DNA from: Pirellulaceae bacterium
GTDB taxonomy: Bacteria > Planctomycetota > Planctomycetia > Pirellulales > Pirellulaceae
Direction of reading: 5' to 3'
Length of the DNA stretch: 37,822 nt
NCBI GenBank assembly: GCA_031373875.1
Contig: JANMNK010000437.1
Span: forward strand, 1-37,822
The translations under genes were made by a program, and so were the position numbers. The notes beneath the pieces were generated by a model. The model had not been told where the DNA came from. It made no database searches and saw nothing but the letters and a program-made list of their open reading frames with translations. This document shows, one piece after another, positions 26,975 to 35,664 of the stretch (the stretch's first letter is position 1; the number at the start of each line of letters is the position of its first letter).

Positions 26975-28276
26975 CTACTTTGCTAACGACGCACGTACAA
27001 TCTTTCGATCGTTTCGAGCAAAGACGCTTTTTTCAGCAAATGCTGGATGTGACCAGCAGACACCGTTGCGTTGCCCTAACTGTTCACGTGTCGGTTCGAT
27101 CAATTTGCATCGATCCGAAATCGTCAAGCCATCCGGACTGAACTGGACGATCAGCAGTTCACCGCGTTCGTTAAAAAGCCAATTCCTGTTCCCTTGTTGT
27201 ACCATGTGGATGGTTGCCCACCGCGCTTTGGGAACGGCGGTCAAGTCTTCCCAAACTCGCTTGCCGGTTTTCTTTTCAAGACAGCGCATCTCACCGTGGC
27301 TGTCGACGCCATATACATAGTCACCTTGTAGGAGACACGTCCCAATCATCGAATGCAGTGACTTGGTATTTTCTTCATCGGTCCCAACCTGACGCCAGGC
27401 GACTTCAATCGCCAGTTTGTCTTTAGGAGTCTTGACCATGAGAGAACCGTCATAGAAAGACGAAACAAACAAAAATTCTCCGTCCCAGATGGGCGAACCA
27501 ATTCCAATGGGCATTCGCGAAGGCGGGAATGGATGTGCCCAATAGACTTTCCCCGTCAAAGGATCAAGGCCCGACAGACTATCTGCAGTCCAGCAAACTA
27601 GCACGTCTTGTTTTGCTTGGTTGATGATGATGGGCGAAGAATAACCAGCACGCTCGTTCAAAGCCCGCCAAACTTCTTTACCGGATTTTCTATCCATCGC
27701 CACCATGCAGGCTCCGTCGCGACCACTCACTTGTTGGATAACAAGATTCTTGTAGATCAACGGTGACGCGGCGATTCCCCAGATGGGCATATCGATATCA
27801 AAATCGGATTGCAGATCGCGTTGCCAGATCACATCACCCTTTGCTGCATCGAAGCAAAAGAAATGACCCATCGCGCCGACTGAATAAGCAAGATTATTCT
27901 CGATTGTGACACTTGCTCGCGGACCTGCTTTGTAACTGATCGAATAGGGTGCATCATACTCGTGCTTCCAGATGATCTCACCAGTGCCGGAGTCCAGGCA
28001 AAGTACACGTTCAGTCTCCCTTCGCTCCGTCACCATGCGATCCATCACATAGACTCGACGATTTGCCACAGTCGGGCCACTATAGCCAGCACCAATCTCA
28101 GTGGACCAAGCAATAGGCAATTGCCCTTCCGGCAATTCATCACGGATTCCATCCTCACGCCAAATCCCATCACGCTGGGGACCTCGCCATTGAGGCCAAT
28201 CTTGCGCAAAGCCCACCAGTGGCGACAGTGCAAAAACCCAGAGGATTTTTGGGACAATCAAAAAACGACGGCGCAT
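26975..28276 (-). CDS. PQQ-like (BamB-type) beta-propeller repeat protein, secreted
   Basis: ATG at 28276 gives MRRRFLIVPKILWVFALSPLVGFA followed by QDWPQWRGPQRDGIW, typical of planctomycete PQQ-like propellers. Repeated ...G..W... blades run throughout. The ORF-track start at 28396 adds 40 non-signal residues. Confidence 0.85.
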   Translation of the reverse strand: MRRRFLIVPKILWVFALSPLVGFAQDWPQWRGPQRDGIWREDGIRDELPEGQLPIAWSTEIGAGYSGPTVANRRVYVMDRMVTERRETERVLCLDSGTGEIIWKHEYDAPYSISYKAGPRASVTIENNLAYSVGAMGHFFCFDAAKGDVIWQRDLQSDFDIDMPIWGIAASPLIYKNLVIQQVSGRDGACMVAMDRKSGKEVWRALNERAGYSSPIIINQAKQDVLVCWTADSLSGLDPLTGKVYWAHPFPPSRMPIGIGSPIWDGEFLFVSSFYDGSLMVKTPKDKLAIEVAWRQVGTDEENTKSLHSMIGTCLLQGDYVYGVDSHGEMRCLEKKTGKRVWEDLTAVPKARWATIHMVQQGNRNWLFNERGELLIVQFSPDGLTISDRCKLIEPTREQLGQRNGVCWSHPAFAEKSVFARNDRKIVRASLAK

Positions 28277-28410
28277 TATGAATTCCTGAGAGTGAAGACC
28301 AAGCATACGGGGGACGAAACATTTTCGTCGTTCATGATCATACTCGATCGCGAATACCGTCTGATAGCCGCCCAACGTGGGATGCGCTCGTGGCACTTAG
28401 GATTACTGGC

Positions 28411-28484
28411 CAAAACGCGAAAAAGCGGCAGCTAAACGACGGATTGCAGGAAGGCAAAAACGCCGACAGGCGAAACTTAGCTGC
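28411..28484 (-). terminator. Possible terminator-like structure after the lipoprotein gene
   Basis: On the minus strand, gcagctaa (28484-28477) pairs with ttagctgc (28435-28428) across a 41-nt insert containing a small cgcc/ggcg hairpin. It is followed by cgctttttcgcgttttg. The large loop makes this weak. Confidence 0.3.
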
Positions 28485-28495
28485 TCACAGAACTA

Positions 28496-29881
28496 TCATT
28501 TCGCGATTTGAAAATCCAACATCGATTGGCCGTATTTCTTGGCTTTCATATCTTCGATTGTTAATCGCAATTGATAGCTGCCGGGAGGAATTTGCATCGG
28601 CATGTAAATGCGGTAGACGATAAAGTAATCGCGCCGATGATTTTTGCACACTTCTTTTTCCATAGGAAGAAGCTGATCGGTAATGCGTTTTCCGCCGTTA
28701 TCGATTATTTCGTAACGCCCTTGCAACTGCGTTTCGAATCCATCTTGAACAGATTCGGCATCTACATTTTCAAGTTCACAATAAAGCAAAACGCCTTCAT
28801 CAGGCTTGAACTGATAGTTTGCGAACGGTTTGATAGTACCGTATCCTTCGACACTCGTACAAAACGCCGCAGAACGAACTTCGAGATCGCTGATCGCGGC
28901 CAGTTGGTTAGTCGCTTCACGCTGACTTTGCATTACGGTCGACCAAAGTTTGCTGCGGACCGGTATACTGCCCGGGTTCGTTGCATCGTGCAGTGCTTGA
29001 AACTGATGACGCATGTATTCTTGTTCTCGCGCACTCAGACCATCAATTGGTTCGGTACATGCCTCTAATTTCCCCGCTGCCAGTTGGAGCATCCTCAACT
29101 TGGATTCGTTGCTAATTTTGACCTCATCGGGAGCATGCGGGTTTTCACGAATTTGCTTTTCAAGCACCGCGATGGCCTTTGACAACGACTCATTCCAGCT
29201 CTCAGCTTCCTTCGAAGCATCATCTGAATTCGGACTCGCGACCTCTGCGTTGCTGACTGGAACTTGTGGCGAAGCGGTAACGACTGCAGGTTGTTCGGCA
29301 GGCGACTCATCTTTTAGACTTCGACGCTCGACCGTTACAGGAGCTTGATGATTTGCAAGCTCAACGTCGGTGCCGAGTTTTGTGTTGGCGTCTGTTTCTT
29401 TTGATGCAGCGAGTGGCTGTTTCGTTTTGGATTGTTCAGAACTTGCCAAGTACTCTTGGAGAAGCTTCTTGAACTCCGGAGAAAGCGCCTGGATTTCCTC
29501 GGCTAAGTTTTCGTTGGGATATTTTGTCTCTACGACGGAACTGGCTCGTGGAGGTTGGTCGTCCCTAATTCGAACGCCGATCCCCGTATTACTTTTAAGT
29601 GCGTCCCCAAGTCGAGTTGTTTTCGAATCAGCGATGCTCAATCGTGGAGAACTCTTCGGCACTTGAGTCTTTGATGGAGGCTCTTCCGTGACCGGAATAT
29701 CTTCCAACGAGAGCGAAGCCTTCTTGACTAGAAAATATCGATTAAAACGTTGACAGCCAGTGGCGGTTAACCAAACACTGAGCAACGCACAATAGATAAC
29801 CGTGAATCGCGACGGTATTGTTCGCTGCGATCGGAAAGTATTTTTGTAGTTATCAAGACGACTGCAATTGCCATTTCGCAT
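28496..29881 (-). CDS. Hypothetical lipoprotein with a long disordered Ser/Pro/Glu/Lys-rich region and a C-terminal beta-rich domain
   Basis: ATG at 29881 (MRNGNCS...) precedes FTVIYCALLSVWLTATGC, a lipobox-like signal. The TTG at 29977 in the track is less likely. No recognisable catalytic motif. Confidence 0.6.
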   Translation of the reverse strand: MRNGNCSRLDNYKNTFRSQRTIPSRFTVIYCALLSVWLTATGCQRFNRYFLVKKASLSLEDIPVTEEPPSKTQVPKSSPRLSIADSKTTRLGDALKSNTGIGVRIRDDQPPRASSVVETKYPNENLAEEIQALSPEFKKLLQEYLASSEQSKTKQPLAASKETDANTKLGTDVELANHQAPVTVERRSLKDESPAEQPAVVTASPQVPVSNAEVASPNSDDASKEAESWNESLSKAIAVLEKQIRENPHAPDEVKISNESKLRMLQLAAGKLEACTEPIDGLSAREQEYMRHQFQALHDATNPGSIPVRSKLWSTVMQSQREATNQLAAISDLEVRSAAFCTSVEGYGTIKPFANYQFKPDEGVLLYCELENVDAESVQDGFETQLQGRYEIIDNGGKRITDQLLPMEKEVCKNHRRDYFIVYRIYMPMQIPPGSYQLRLTIEDMKAKKYGQSMLDFQIAK

Positions 29882-30007
29882 CGGAACGAAATCCTTTTCG
29901 TAGCGACCTAGAATTCCCGCCGGAATACTAGCTTGGCAATGGCAACGACCGCAAGGTTGCTTTTGAGATCGATTCAAACGCTATCAAAAGCTTGCAATGG
30001 ATCGTTT

Positions 30008-30367
30008 CTACTTTTTCCGACGTGCGAATTTCAGTCCTGACCACGTTTCGTCAATTGCACACACTTTGTAATCGACCAATCCACACGCTAAGCCTCGCAA
30101 GCGAACCGCATCTTCTTTCAAATCCGTTTCGACTCCGGAAGTTTTTTTAGGCCAAGCAATCCATAATCCGCCCGTATTTAGTTGATCCGCGATTTTGTCG
30201 ATGCGAGCTTCTAGAACGGCATTTGAATCCACAAACCAAATAATTAAATCGGAATTAGGCTGCTGTTTACGGCTGACCATTGCCTTTGGGGGAAGTGGTT
30301 CAAGCCGTTTCTCGAATTGTTTTGGTGCGTCGATCAAGAGCACTTTACTACCGTCTTTGACACCCAA
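30008..30367 (-). CDS. DUF3052 domain protein (N-terminus apparently truncated or frameshifted)
   Basis: LWIAWPKKTSGVETDLKEDAVRLRGLACGLVDYKVCAIDETWSGLKFARRKK matches my recollection of the DUF3052 C-terminus. The only start is TTG 30367. The conserved [12 protein letters not shown] is encoded just upstream, in frame, but without a start codon. Confidence 0.75.
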   Translation of the reverse strand: MGVKDGSKVLLIDAPKQFEKRLEPLPPKAMVSRKQQPNSDLIIWFVDSNAVLEARIDKIADQLNTGGLWIAWPKKTSGVETDLKEDAVRLRGLACGLVDYKVCAIDETWSGLKFARRKK

Positions 30368-30791
30368 TTTTTTCGGCAGTGGAGTACCCGAATAAGCACC
30401 GGACTGGGAATTTTGGTACTACCGGATCTTTGGGCGGGCGGGTGATTGCGCGGTTCAGCGTTGTCTTGATCTGAGACCACTTTGTAAAGGCCGCGTCCGG
30501 AAACATGCTTTTGATGGCAGCCACTTTTTCAGTTTCACCATCGACAAACACGATCGGTATGCAGCGCGTCGATTTGCTTTGACGAAGCGCCATAGCAACG
30601 GCACGGCCATGGGATGGCAATCTGGATAAATCGATGACATAAGCGTCTGGCTTCGTCGATCCTTTTTCCCGATTAGGGTCGTTCAAGTCGACATGGAAAG
30701 CGTCAAACCCCGATCGAACAAGTCGATCGATTCGTTCGTCAACTTCAGTCAATTTCCAGTGAATGAGTTGAACACGTTTCATCTTGGTCAT
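30348..30791 (-). CDS. Hypothetical protein with a CheY-like (pseudo-)receiver fold impression
   Basis: ATG 30791 overlaps the DHDPS-family stop (ATGA). Alternating beta/alpha pattern RVQLIHW...[15 protein letters not shown]...IPIVFVDGE, without a clear N-terminal acidic pair. Its last ~25 codons overlap the DUF3052 reading frame and look non-native ([18 protein letters not shown]). Confidence 0.5.
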   Translation of the reverse strand: MTKMKRVQLIHWKLTEVDERIDRLVRSGFDAFHVDLNDPNREKGSTKPDAYVIDLSRLPSHGRAVAMALRQSKSTRCIPIVFVDGETEKVAAIKSMFPDAAFTKWSQIKTTLNRAITRPPKDPVVPKFPVRCLFGYSTAEKIGCQRR

Positions 30792-31807
30792 CGACCCGTT
30801 GCAAGTTGGTCTAAGACTTCGCGCACGATCCGATCGATCAAGTTAGGATCTGTCTTCCAAGTTGCACTGGCGGGCATCGGGCTTTGATTGCTTGCGGTAT
30901 CCAATTGAAATCCAGCCATGAGTTCGCGAAGCCGTTCTTGGGCGCGATCGGCTGCCGTCACTTGTTGGTGAGACAAGGGTTGCCGAGAGCGACCTAAATC
31001 CCAACCACGCACCATGGCCCCTCGGCGAAAACCTTCGGGGAATTCCGCCGTTGTTATCATCGCATCGAAAAGAGGCAACAATCGATATTGCAATTCCATC
31101 GCACGTTTCCACTCCCCGGCCGTTGCAGCGTCATAAATTGCTTTGGTTAGCTCTGGAACGACGCCACTGGTAGCATTCGTGCCACCATTGCATCCAACTA
31201 ATAACATCGGAACCAAGGCTGCGTCCCAACCGGTCAAGAAGAAAAAGTCTTTTCTGAGCGGTCGAATTTCCGTAATCATTCGCATCATATGAGGCAAGTC
31301 GCCAGAACTGTCCTTGATACCGACAACTCGGGGGCACTCCTGTGCAAGTCGCTTGACGGTAGCTACGTCGATTGGCGACGCGAACAGCGGGATGTTATAT
31401 AGCGTTACGTCGACGTTGACACGGTCGGCGATTTCCTTGAAGTATGCATACACTCCGTCTGGAGCCAATCGATAATAATAAGGAGCGACGATTGCCACGG
31501 CGCGAACTCCCAACGCGCCATAGATATCGCACGCTTCGATTGTCTCCTTGGTGTTGGCCTCAGCGGCACCCGCGAGAATGGGCACGCGACCGGCAGTCTG
31601 GTCGACGACAATTTTAATAATGCTACGACGCTCTTCGACTGAGAACCGGATAAATTCGCCTGTACTTCCGTTTGGATACAATCCATGCACGCCGCGCTCG
31701 ATCAACCAGTCCACATATCCCCTAAGCTTCTGTTCATCGACCCGACCATGGGCGTCGAGCGGTACAATGTTGGGGGTAAAGATTCCAGAGAGTTGTTGTC
31801 CAGGCAT
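30788..31807 (-). CDS. Dihydrodipicolinate synthase / N-acetylneuraminate lyase family (class I aldolase) protein
   Basis: [26 protein letters not shown] and the Schiff-base Lys region [10 protein letters not shown]. 339 aa with a ~40-aa C-terminal extension. Confidence 0.88.
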   Translation of the reverse strand: MPGQQLSGIFTPNIVPLDAHGRVDEQKLRGYVDWLIERGVHGLYPNGSTGEFIRFSVEERRSIIKIVVDQTAGRVPILAGAAEANTKETIEACDIYGALGVRAVAIVAPYYYRLAPDGVYAYFKEIADRVNVDVTLYNIPLFASPIDVATVKRLAQECPRVVGIKDSSGDLPHMMRMITEIRPLRKDFFFLTGWDAALVPMLLVGCNGGTNATSGVVPELTKAIYDAATAGEWKRAMELQYRLLPLFDAMITTAEFPEGFRRGAMVRGWDLGRSRQPLSHQQVTAADRAQERLRELMAGFQLDTASNQSPMPASATWKTDPNLIDRIVREVLDQLATGR

Positions 31808-32159
31808 TTTCGGTCGCTTTAGAGATGATCAAAAACTAAGTCGAAAGCTGTTGCGGGCGAGTCTACCGACTTTCGCCGGCTTGCCGCTGTCTTCGACAAG
31901 GGCAGATTACCATCCTAAGCAAAAACTCGCGAGTCTGGCGGTTACACCTAAAATATCGACGAAAGGAATGGAACGAATGGATTTTTCCAGCAGCAAAGAG
32001 CACGAAAATGGAGATTCGGAAACTAAAAATCTTACATTGCAGATGCATTCGTTGAATTACCGGTAAGTGAGGAAGCAGCAAAAAAGCCACCGTCTACCAC
32101 CTTTAGGCAAAACGAACATACTGAAAGGGCTTACCAATTGAACATCTTCATTTCTTCGC

Positions 32160-34424
32160 TTGGCAATCATTTTGAATAACGTTTCCTCTCGTCTAAAAAC
32201 GCTCCACGTCGCTTTGTTGATTGCCGTCGTGATTTTTCTCGGGTGGTATTCGTGGATCTATTTCGCGATGCCGCTGAGCGATGTTGCGATGCCCGATGGC
32301 GAATCGGTTCCGCAGTCGCGAGGTTTATTTATCCTCGTCATGCTAACGCTGCCCGATCAATTGATGCAAGTCTGGCGTGCGTTCGATACGATGCCATTTG
32401 GACTGTTTGATCGATGGCCGTATTTCGTGTGCGCCGCTTTTTGGTTGCTAAGTGCATGGACTGTCGGTCGGGCCGCATTCGCTGTGTTGGGCCTAACACA
32501 TCGGTTCCATCCTGTGGAGGCAACCGGATTATCGATTGCTGCGGGGCTCAACCTGTTGTCGTTGACTACTTTTGTGATCGGGTTGGCTGGCGGCTCGGCG
32601 TCTCGCTGGCCCGTGATCGTTGCAATCGGCGTGCTGCTCGGACTAGCGACTTGGCTATGGAATCGATCATGCAAATCCGGTTCATCCAATAAAGTATCGC
32701 CTGAAAACCGAACACCGGAAGCGATCGGCTACTGGGACCGACGACGCATTATTTTTTTGGCGTTCGCGTGCGCGTTGCTTTGCGTTTTCTATTTCTTAGG
32801 CGCCGTACTTCCGCCAAGCGAATTCGATGTTCGCGAATACCACCTGCAAGGCCCCAAGGAGTTCTATCAGACGGGCCGAATACAGTTTCTCGCTCATAAC
32901 ATTTATGCCAACATGCCTATGGGAACGGAAATGCACGCTTTGGCATGGATGTCCCTGTGGGGTGGTGTCGACGGGTGGTATCACGGCGCTTTGATCGGAA
33001 AAGTAATCTTCGCGAGTTTCTCTATTGTCACGGCGATGATTCTAGGTGGTTGTGTTGCTCGTCAAGCAGGGTCGATGGCAGGTTGGATTGTCGCATGCAC
33101 TTGGCTGGGAATTCCTGGCATTGCAGAAGTTTCCAAGTTGGGGCTGATCGATCAAGCAGTTGCATGTTACTTGGCGGCTAGTGTTTCGGTGCTCTTTGCC
33201 TTGCATGACAAACGTGCTCAAGATGGCAGCAATCCTTCAAGGTTAATTCTTTTGTTGGGTTGGTTTCTAGGCGCAGCGGCCGCGTGCAAATACACAGCCG
33301 TCCTGTTCGTTGTTTTACCGGGAGTCGCCATTGCGCTTTGGATAATGATCCCGTCAGCAATGTCGATGCGAAGAGTCACAGTGCTGGTCGGCACTCTGAT
33401 CCTAGGCGGAGCGCTCGGTGGTGGTCTATGGTACGCCAAGAATTCGGCGCTAGCGGGCAATCCTGTTTATCCGCTCGCCTCAGGTGTTCTTGGGGGCAAG
33501 ACAATGAATCTAGCCAAAGCCAAACAATGGAGCGATGCTCACCGCGTGCCTGTATTGCCCGCGGCTGGCGAAATGGAACAACTGGGTGATTATCGCCTAA
33601 GCACGCTTTCTAACGAATTTGGCCAAATTACAGTCCATTCGCGTTACTTGGGGCTGTTGGTGATTCCACTGTGCGTCGTCGGATTGCTGATCAGCCGTTC
33701 CAGCTTCACTTGGCTGCTGGTTATATGGTTCGTCGGGTATATCGCAGTTTGGTACTTCTTCACGCATCGATTGGAGCGATTTTGGTTACCGGCGCTCGTC
33801 ATACCCGCAATCATCGCAGGGCAGGGCGGCTCTTGGCTGCTGAAGCAAGAAAAAGGAATCGTTGGAACGGTATTCCTCGCCATGGGATTGCTTACGAGCC
33901 TCTGCTTCCTGGCACTATGGCCCTTTAGCGATAATCGTTATCTGGTCGCGTTGACATCGCTGCGCGATGATCAGTTCATCTCGCCTCAGTCTTCTCAGTC
34001 ATCGAGCGATGATTCGCTTGGGGCTGCATCTCGAGTTCCTCTGCACCAACGATGGATTAATTCGCAGTTGAGCCAAGACGACAAAGTACTCGTGGTCGGC
34101 GACGCGCAAGTCTTCGACATTCGCATCCCCATTCTCTACAGTACATGCTTTGATAGATCGCCTCTCGAAGAAATTGTGACCGGAAAGTCCGCGGCAGAAA
34201 CTTGGCAGTCATTGCGCGACCAAGGCATCACCCATATCCACGTCCACTGGGGAGAAATCGCTAGATACCGCGGTCCAGGAAATTACGGATTCTCGCCAAC
34301 GATCACGCGCGAACTTTTCCAATCTCTTGTGGGGCAAGAGATCATCAAACCAACCCCATGGCCAATCCCCTCCGAAATCGCCGAGCTTTATCAGGTCGCC
34401 AGTGAGTTTAATACAAGCGAATGA
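32160..34424 (+). CDS. Polytopic membrane protein, GT-C-like (family 39 / ArnT-PMT-like) glycosyltransferase candidate with a soluble C-terminal domain
   Basis: A 754-aa ORF with at least 12 hydrophobic segments. There is an acidic first-loop motif PPSEFDVREYH and a ~150-aa non-membrane C-terminus. TTG start is uncertain. The family call is based on topology and loop motif only. Confidence 0.65.
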   Translation: MAIILNNVSSRLKTLHVALLIAVVIFLGWYSWIYFAMPLSDVAMPDGESVPQSRGLFILVMLTLPDQLMQVWRAFDTMPFGLFDRWPYFVCAAFWLLSAWTVGRAAFAVLGLTHRFHPVEATGLSIAAGLNLLSLTTFVIGLAGGSASRWPVIVAIGVLLGLATWLWNRSCKSGSSNKVSPENRTPEAIGYWDRRRIIFLAFACALLCVFYFLGAVLPPSEFDVREYHLQGPKEFYQTGRIQFLAHNIYANMPMGTEMHALAWMSLWGGVDGWYHGALIGKVIFASFSIVTAMILGGCVARQAGSMAGWIVACTWLGIPGIAEVSKLGLIDQAVACYLAASVSVLFALHDKRAQDGSNPSRLILLLGWFLGAAAACKYTAVLFVVLPGVAIALWIMIPSAMSMRRVTVLVGTLILGGALGGGLWYAKNSALAGNPVYPLASGVLGGKTMNLAKAKQWSDAHRVPVLPAAGEMEQLGDYRLSTLSNEFGQITVHSRYLGLLVIPLCVVGLLISRSSFTWLLVIWFVGYIAVWYFFTHRLERFWLPALVIPAIIAGQGGSWLLKQEKGIVGTVFLAMGLLTSLCFLALWPFSDNRYLVALTSLRDDQFISPQSSQSSSDDSLGAASRVPLHQRWINSQLSQDDKVLVVGDAQVFDIRIPILYSTCFDRSPLEEIVTGKSAAETWQSLRDQGITHIHVHWGEIARYRGPGNYGFSPTITRELFQSLVGQEIIKPTPWPIPSEIAELYQVASEFNTSE

Positions 34425-34745
34425 TGCGGAAGTGAATTTGGCGTTGTAGGCAAAAGGCTATATTCAATTACAGAAAAAGCTCGTTTTCGTCGGAACAATT
34501 GACGTTCACCGCTGTTAAAAACATTCGGCCTCCACGCACTGACAGAAACCGCCCGCTTCAAATTCGTTCGGTCTGGCACTTCGACATTCACGTCTCTGAA
34601 TTAGGTCTATCAACCTGTCCCTAGCACCGCCCAAAATTACAAAAGCGCCGTCTATGAATGGAACTTTTTAGACAGGTAATAAAACAAACCAACATTTTGA
34701 TTCGATGGTTTTTGGCTGACAGGATAACTCGATGGGTGAATTAGA

Positions 34746-35324
34746 ATGACCACTCGCCAATTATTGCTGCTACCGACCATTTGGGCTATATGCTTTGCTT
34801 TTTCTGAATCGATCATGGGCCTCATTTTCGGCAATACATGCTCTTATCCTCTCATTCAGATAGACGTTTTCACATTAAAAAGCCTTGCAGTAATTGGAGA
34901 CACTTTTCAACTACAGTTTGGCGGGTGGAGAGAGATTCAACCTTACCTGCAGGAATACGTGAACGGCACATTGTCGCCGGAAAACCCGTTGCCGAATCAT
35001 AAACCGATTGTCGACACATGGGGACGACCTTTTCAAGTGAGTTGGCCAACAGATTCGGAGGATGGCGAGCTTGGCGATGTAGGTTTTTATTCGCTTGGCG
35101 AGGATGGGATATCAAAGAGCTTTGGGAACGATCCGGATGACATCAATTCCTGGGATCGGGACTCGACGCGATATTACCACAGCCGATTTACTCGATCAAA
35201 CAATTTCGCACGAGCCAAAGTGGCCGCGATTATTGCAATCGTCGTATTCTTTGGAATGCAATTATTCTATTTGGCGAGAAAGAAGCTGAGTGATTCTACA
35301 AAGAATGTCGACCAAGATTTTTGA
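34746..35324 (+). CDS. Hypothetical bitopic protein with a GspG (type II secretion pseudopilin)-like core motif
   Basis: N-terminal hydrophobic LLLLPTIWAICFAF with no G-F-T-L-I-E prepilin motif. Core DTWGRPFQVSWP...GDVGFYSLGEDGISKSFGNDPDDINSWD. C-terminal TM VAAIIAIVVFFGMQLFYL. AT-richer than its neighbours by eye. Confidence 0.55.
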   Translation: MTTRQLLLLPTIWAICFAFSESIMGLIFGNTCSYPLIQIDVFTLKSLAVIGDTFQLQFGGWREIQPYLQEYVNGTLSPENPLPNHKPIVDTWGRPFQVSWPTDSEDGELGDVGFYSLGEDGISKSFGNDPDDINSWDRDSTRYYHSRFTRSNNFARAKVAAIIAIVVFFGMQLFYLARKKLSDSTKNVDQDF

Positions 35325-35426
35325 ATCTGAAATTTGCACTTCCGAGTGGGTTTACTTTCAAGCACTTTTGCGATTAGCTTTGTGAATTAAGCTTGGTGCC
35401 GTTTTAAGCGTCCCAACAAATTTAGC

Positions 35427-35645
35427 TTAGTCGATTTTTGCGTCACTCATCTTATTGTTCATCTGTCGTGTTGGCATCGTCATTGTCGTTAGAGCAGGGG
35501 CATTCGATGTGCTCTTTGGGCAAGCCGAGCATCCCCCACACGATGTTCGCTTGCCGCGAAAATAAGCCATCATTCGTGAAAGCAAAAAGCACGAAGCCAT
35601 TGCGGCTATGAGAATTGCAGTTGCAGTTTGCCAGTCAAACATCAT
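35427..35645 (-). CDS. FeoB-associated Cys-rich small membrane protein
   Basis: ATG at 35645 gives MMFDWQTATAILIAAMASCFLLSRMMAYFRGKRTSCGGCSACPKS, a single TM followed by a CGGCxxC box. It lies immediately downstream of feoB. Confidence 0.7.
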   Translation of the reverse strand: MMFDWQTATAILIAAMASCFLLSRMMAYFRGKRTSCGGCSACPKSTSNAPALTTMTMPTRQMNNKMSDAKID

Positions 35646-35649
35646 CCAG

Positions 35650-35655
35650 CCTCCT
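35650..35655 (-). promoter_or_regulatory. Shine-Dalgarno AGGAGG for the small Cys-rich gene
   Basis: The minus strand reads AGGAGGCTGGATGATG. AGGAGG lies 4 nt upstream of the ATG at 35645, between the feoB stop (35665-35667) and the start. Confidence 0.5.
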
Positions 35656-35664
35656 ATCCTCATT

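Noticed and set aside
28313-28329. A 7-bp stem, 3-nt loop hairpin (gacgaaa cat tttcgtc) in the 5' leader of the PQQ-propeller gene.
   Set aside because: It is short, has no flanking conservation that I can assess, and matches no known riboswitch or attenuator pattern.
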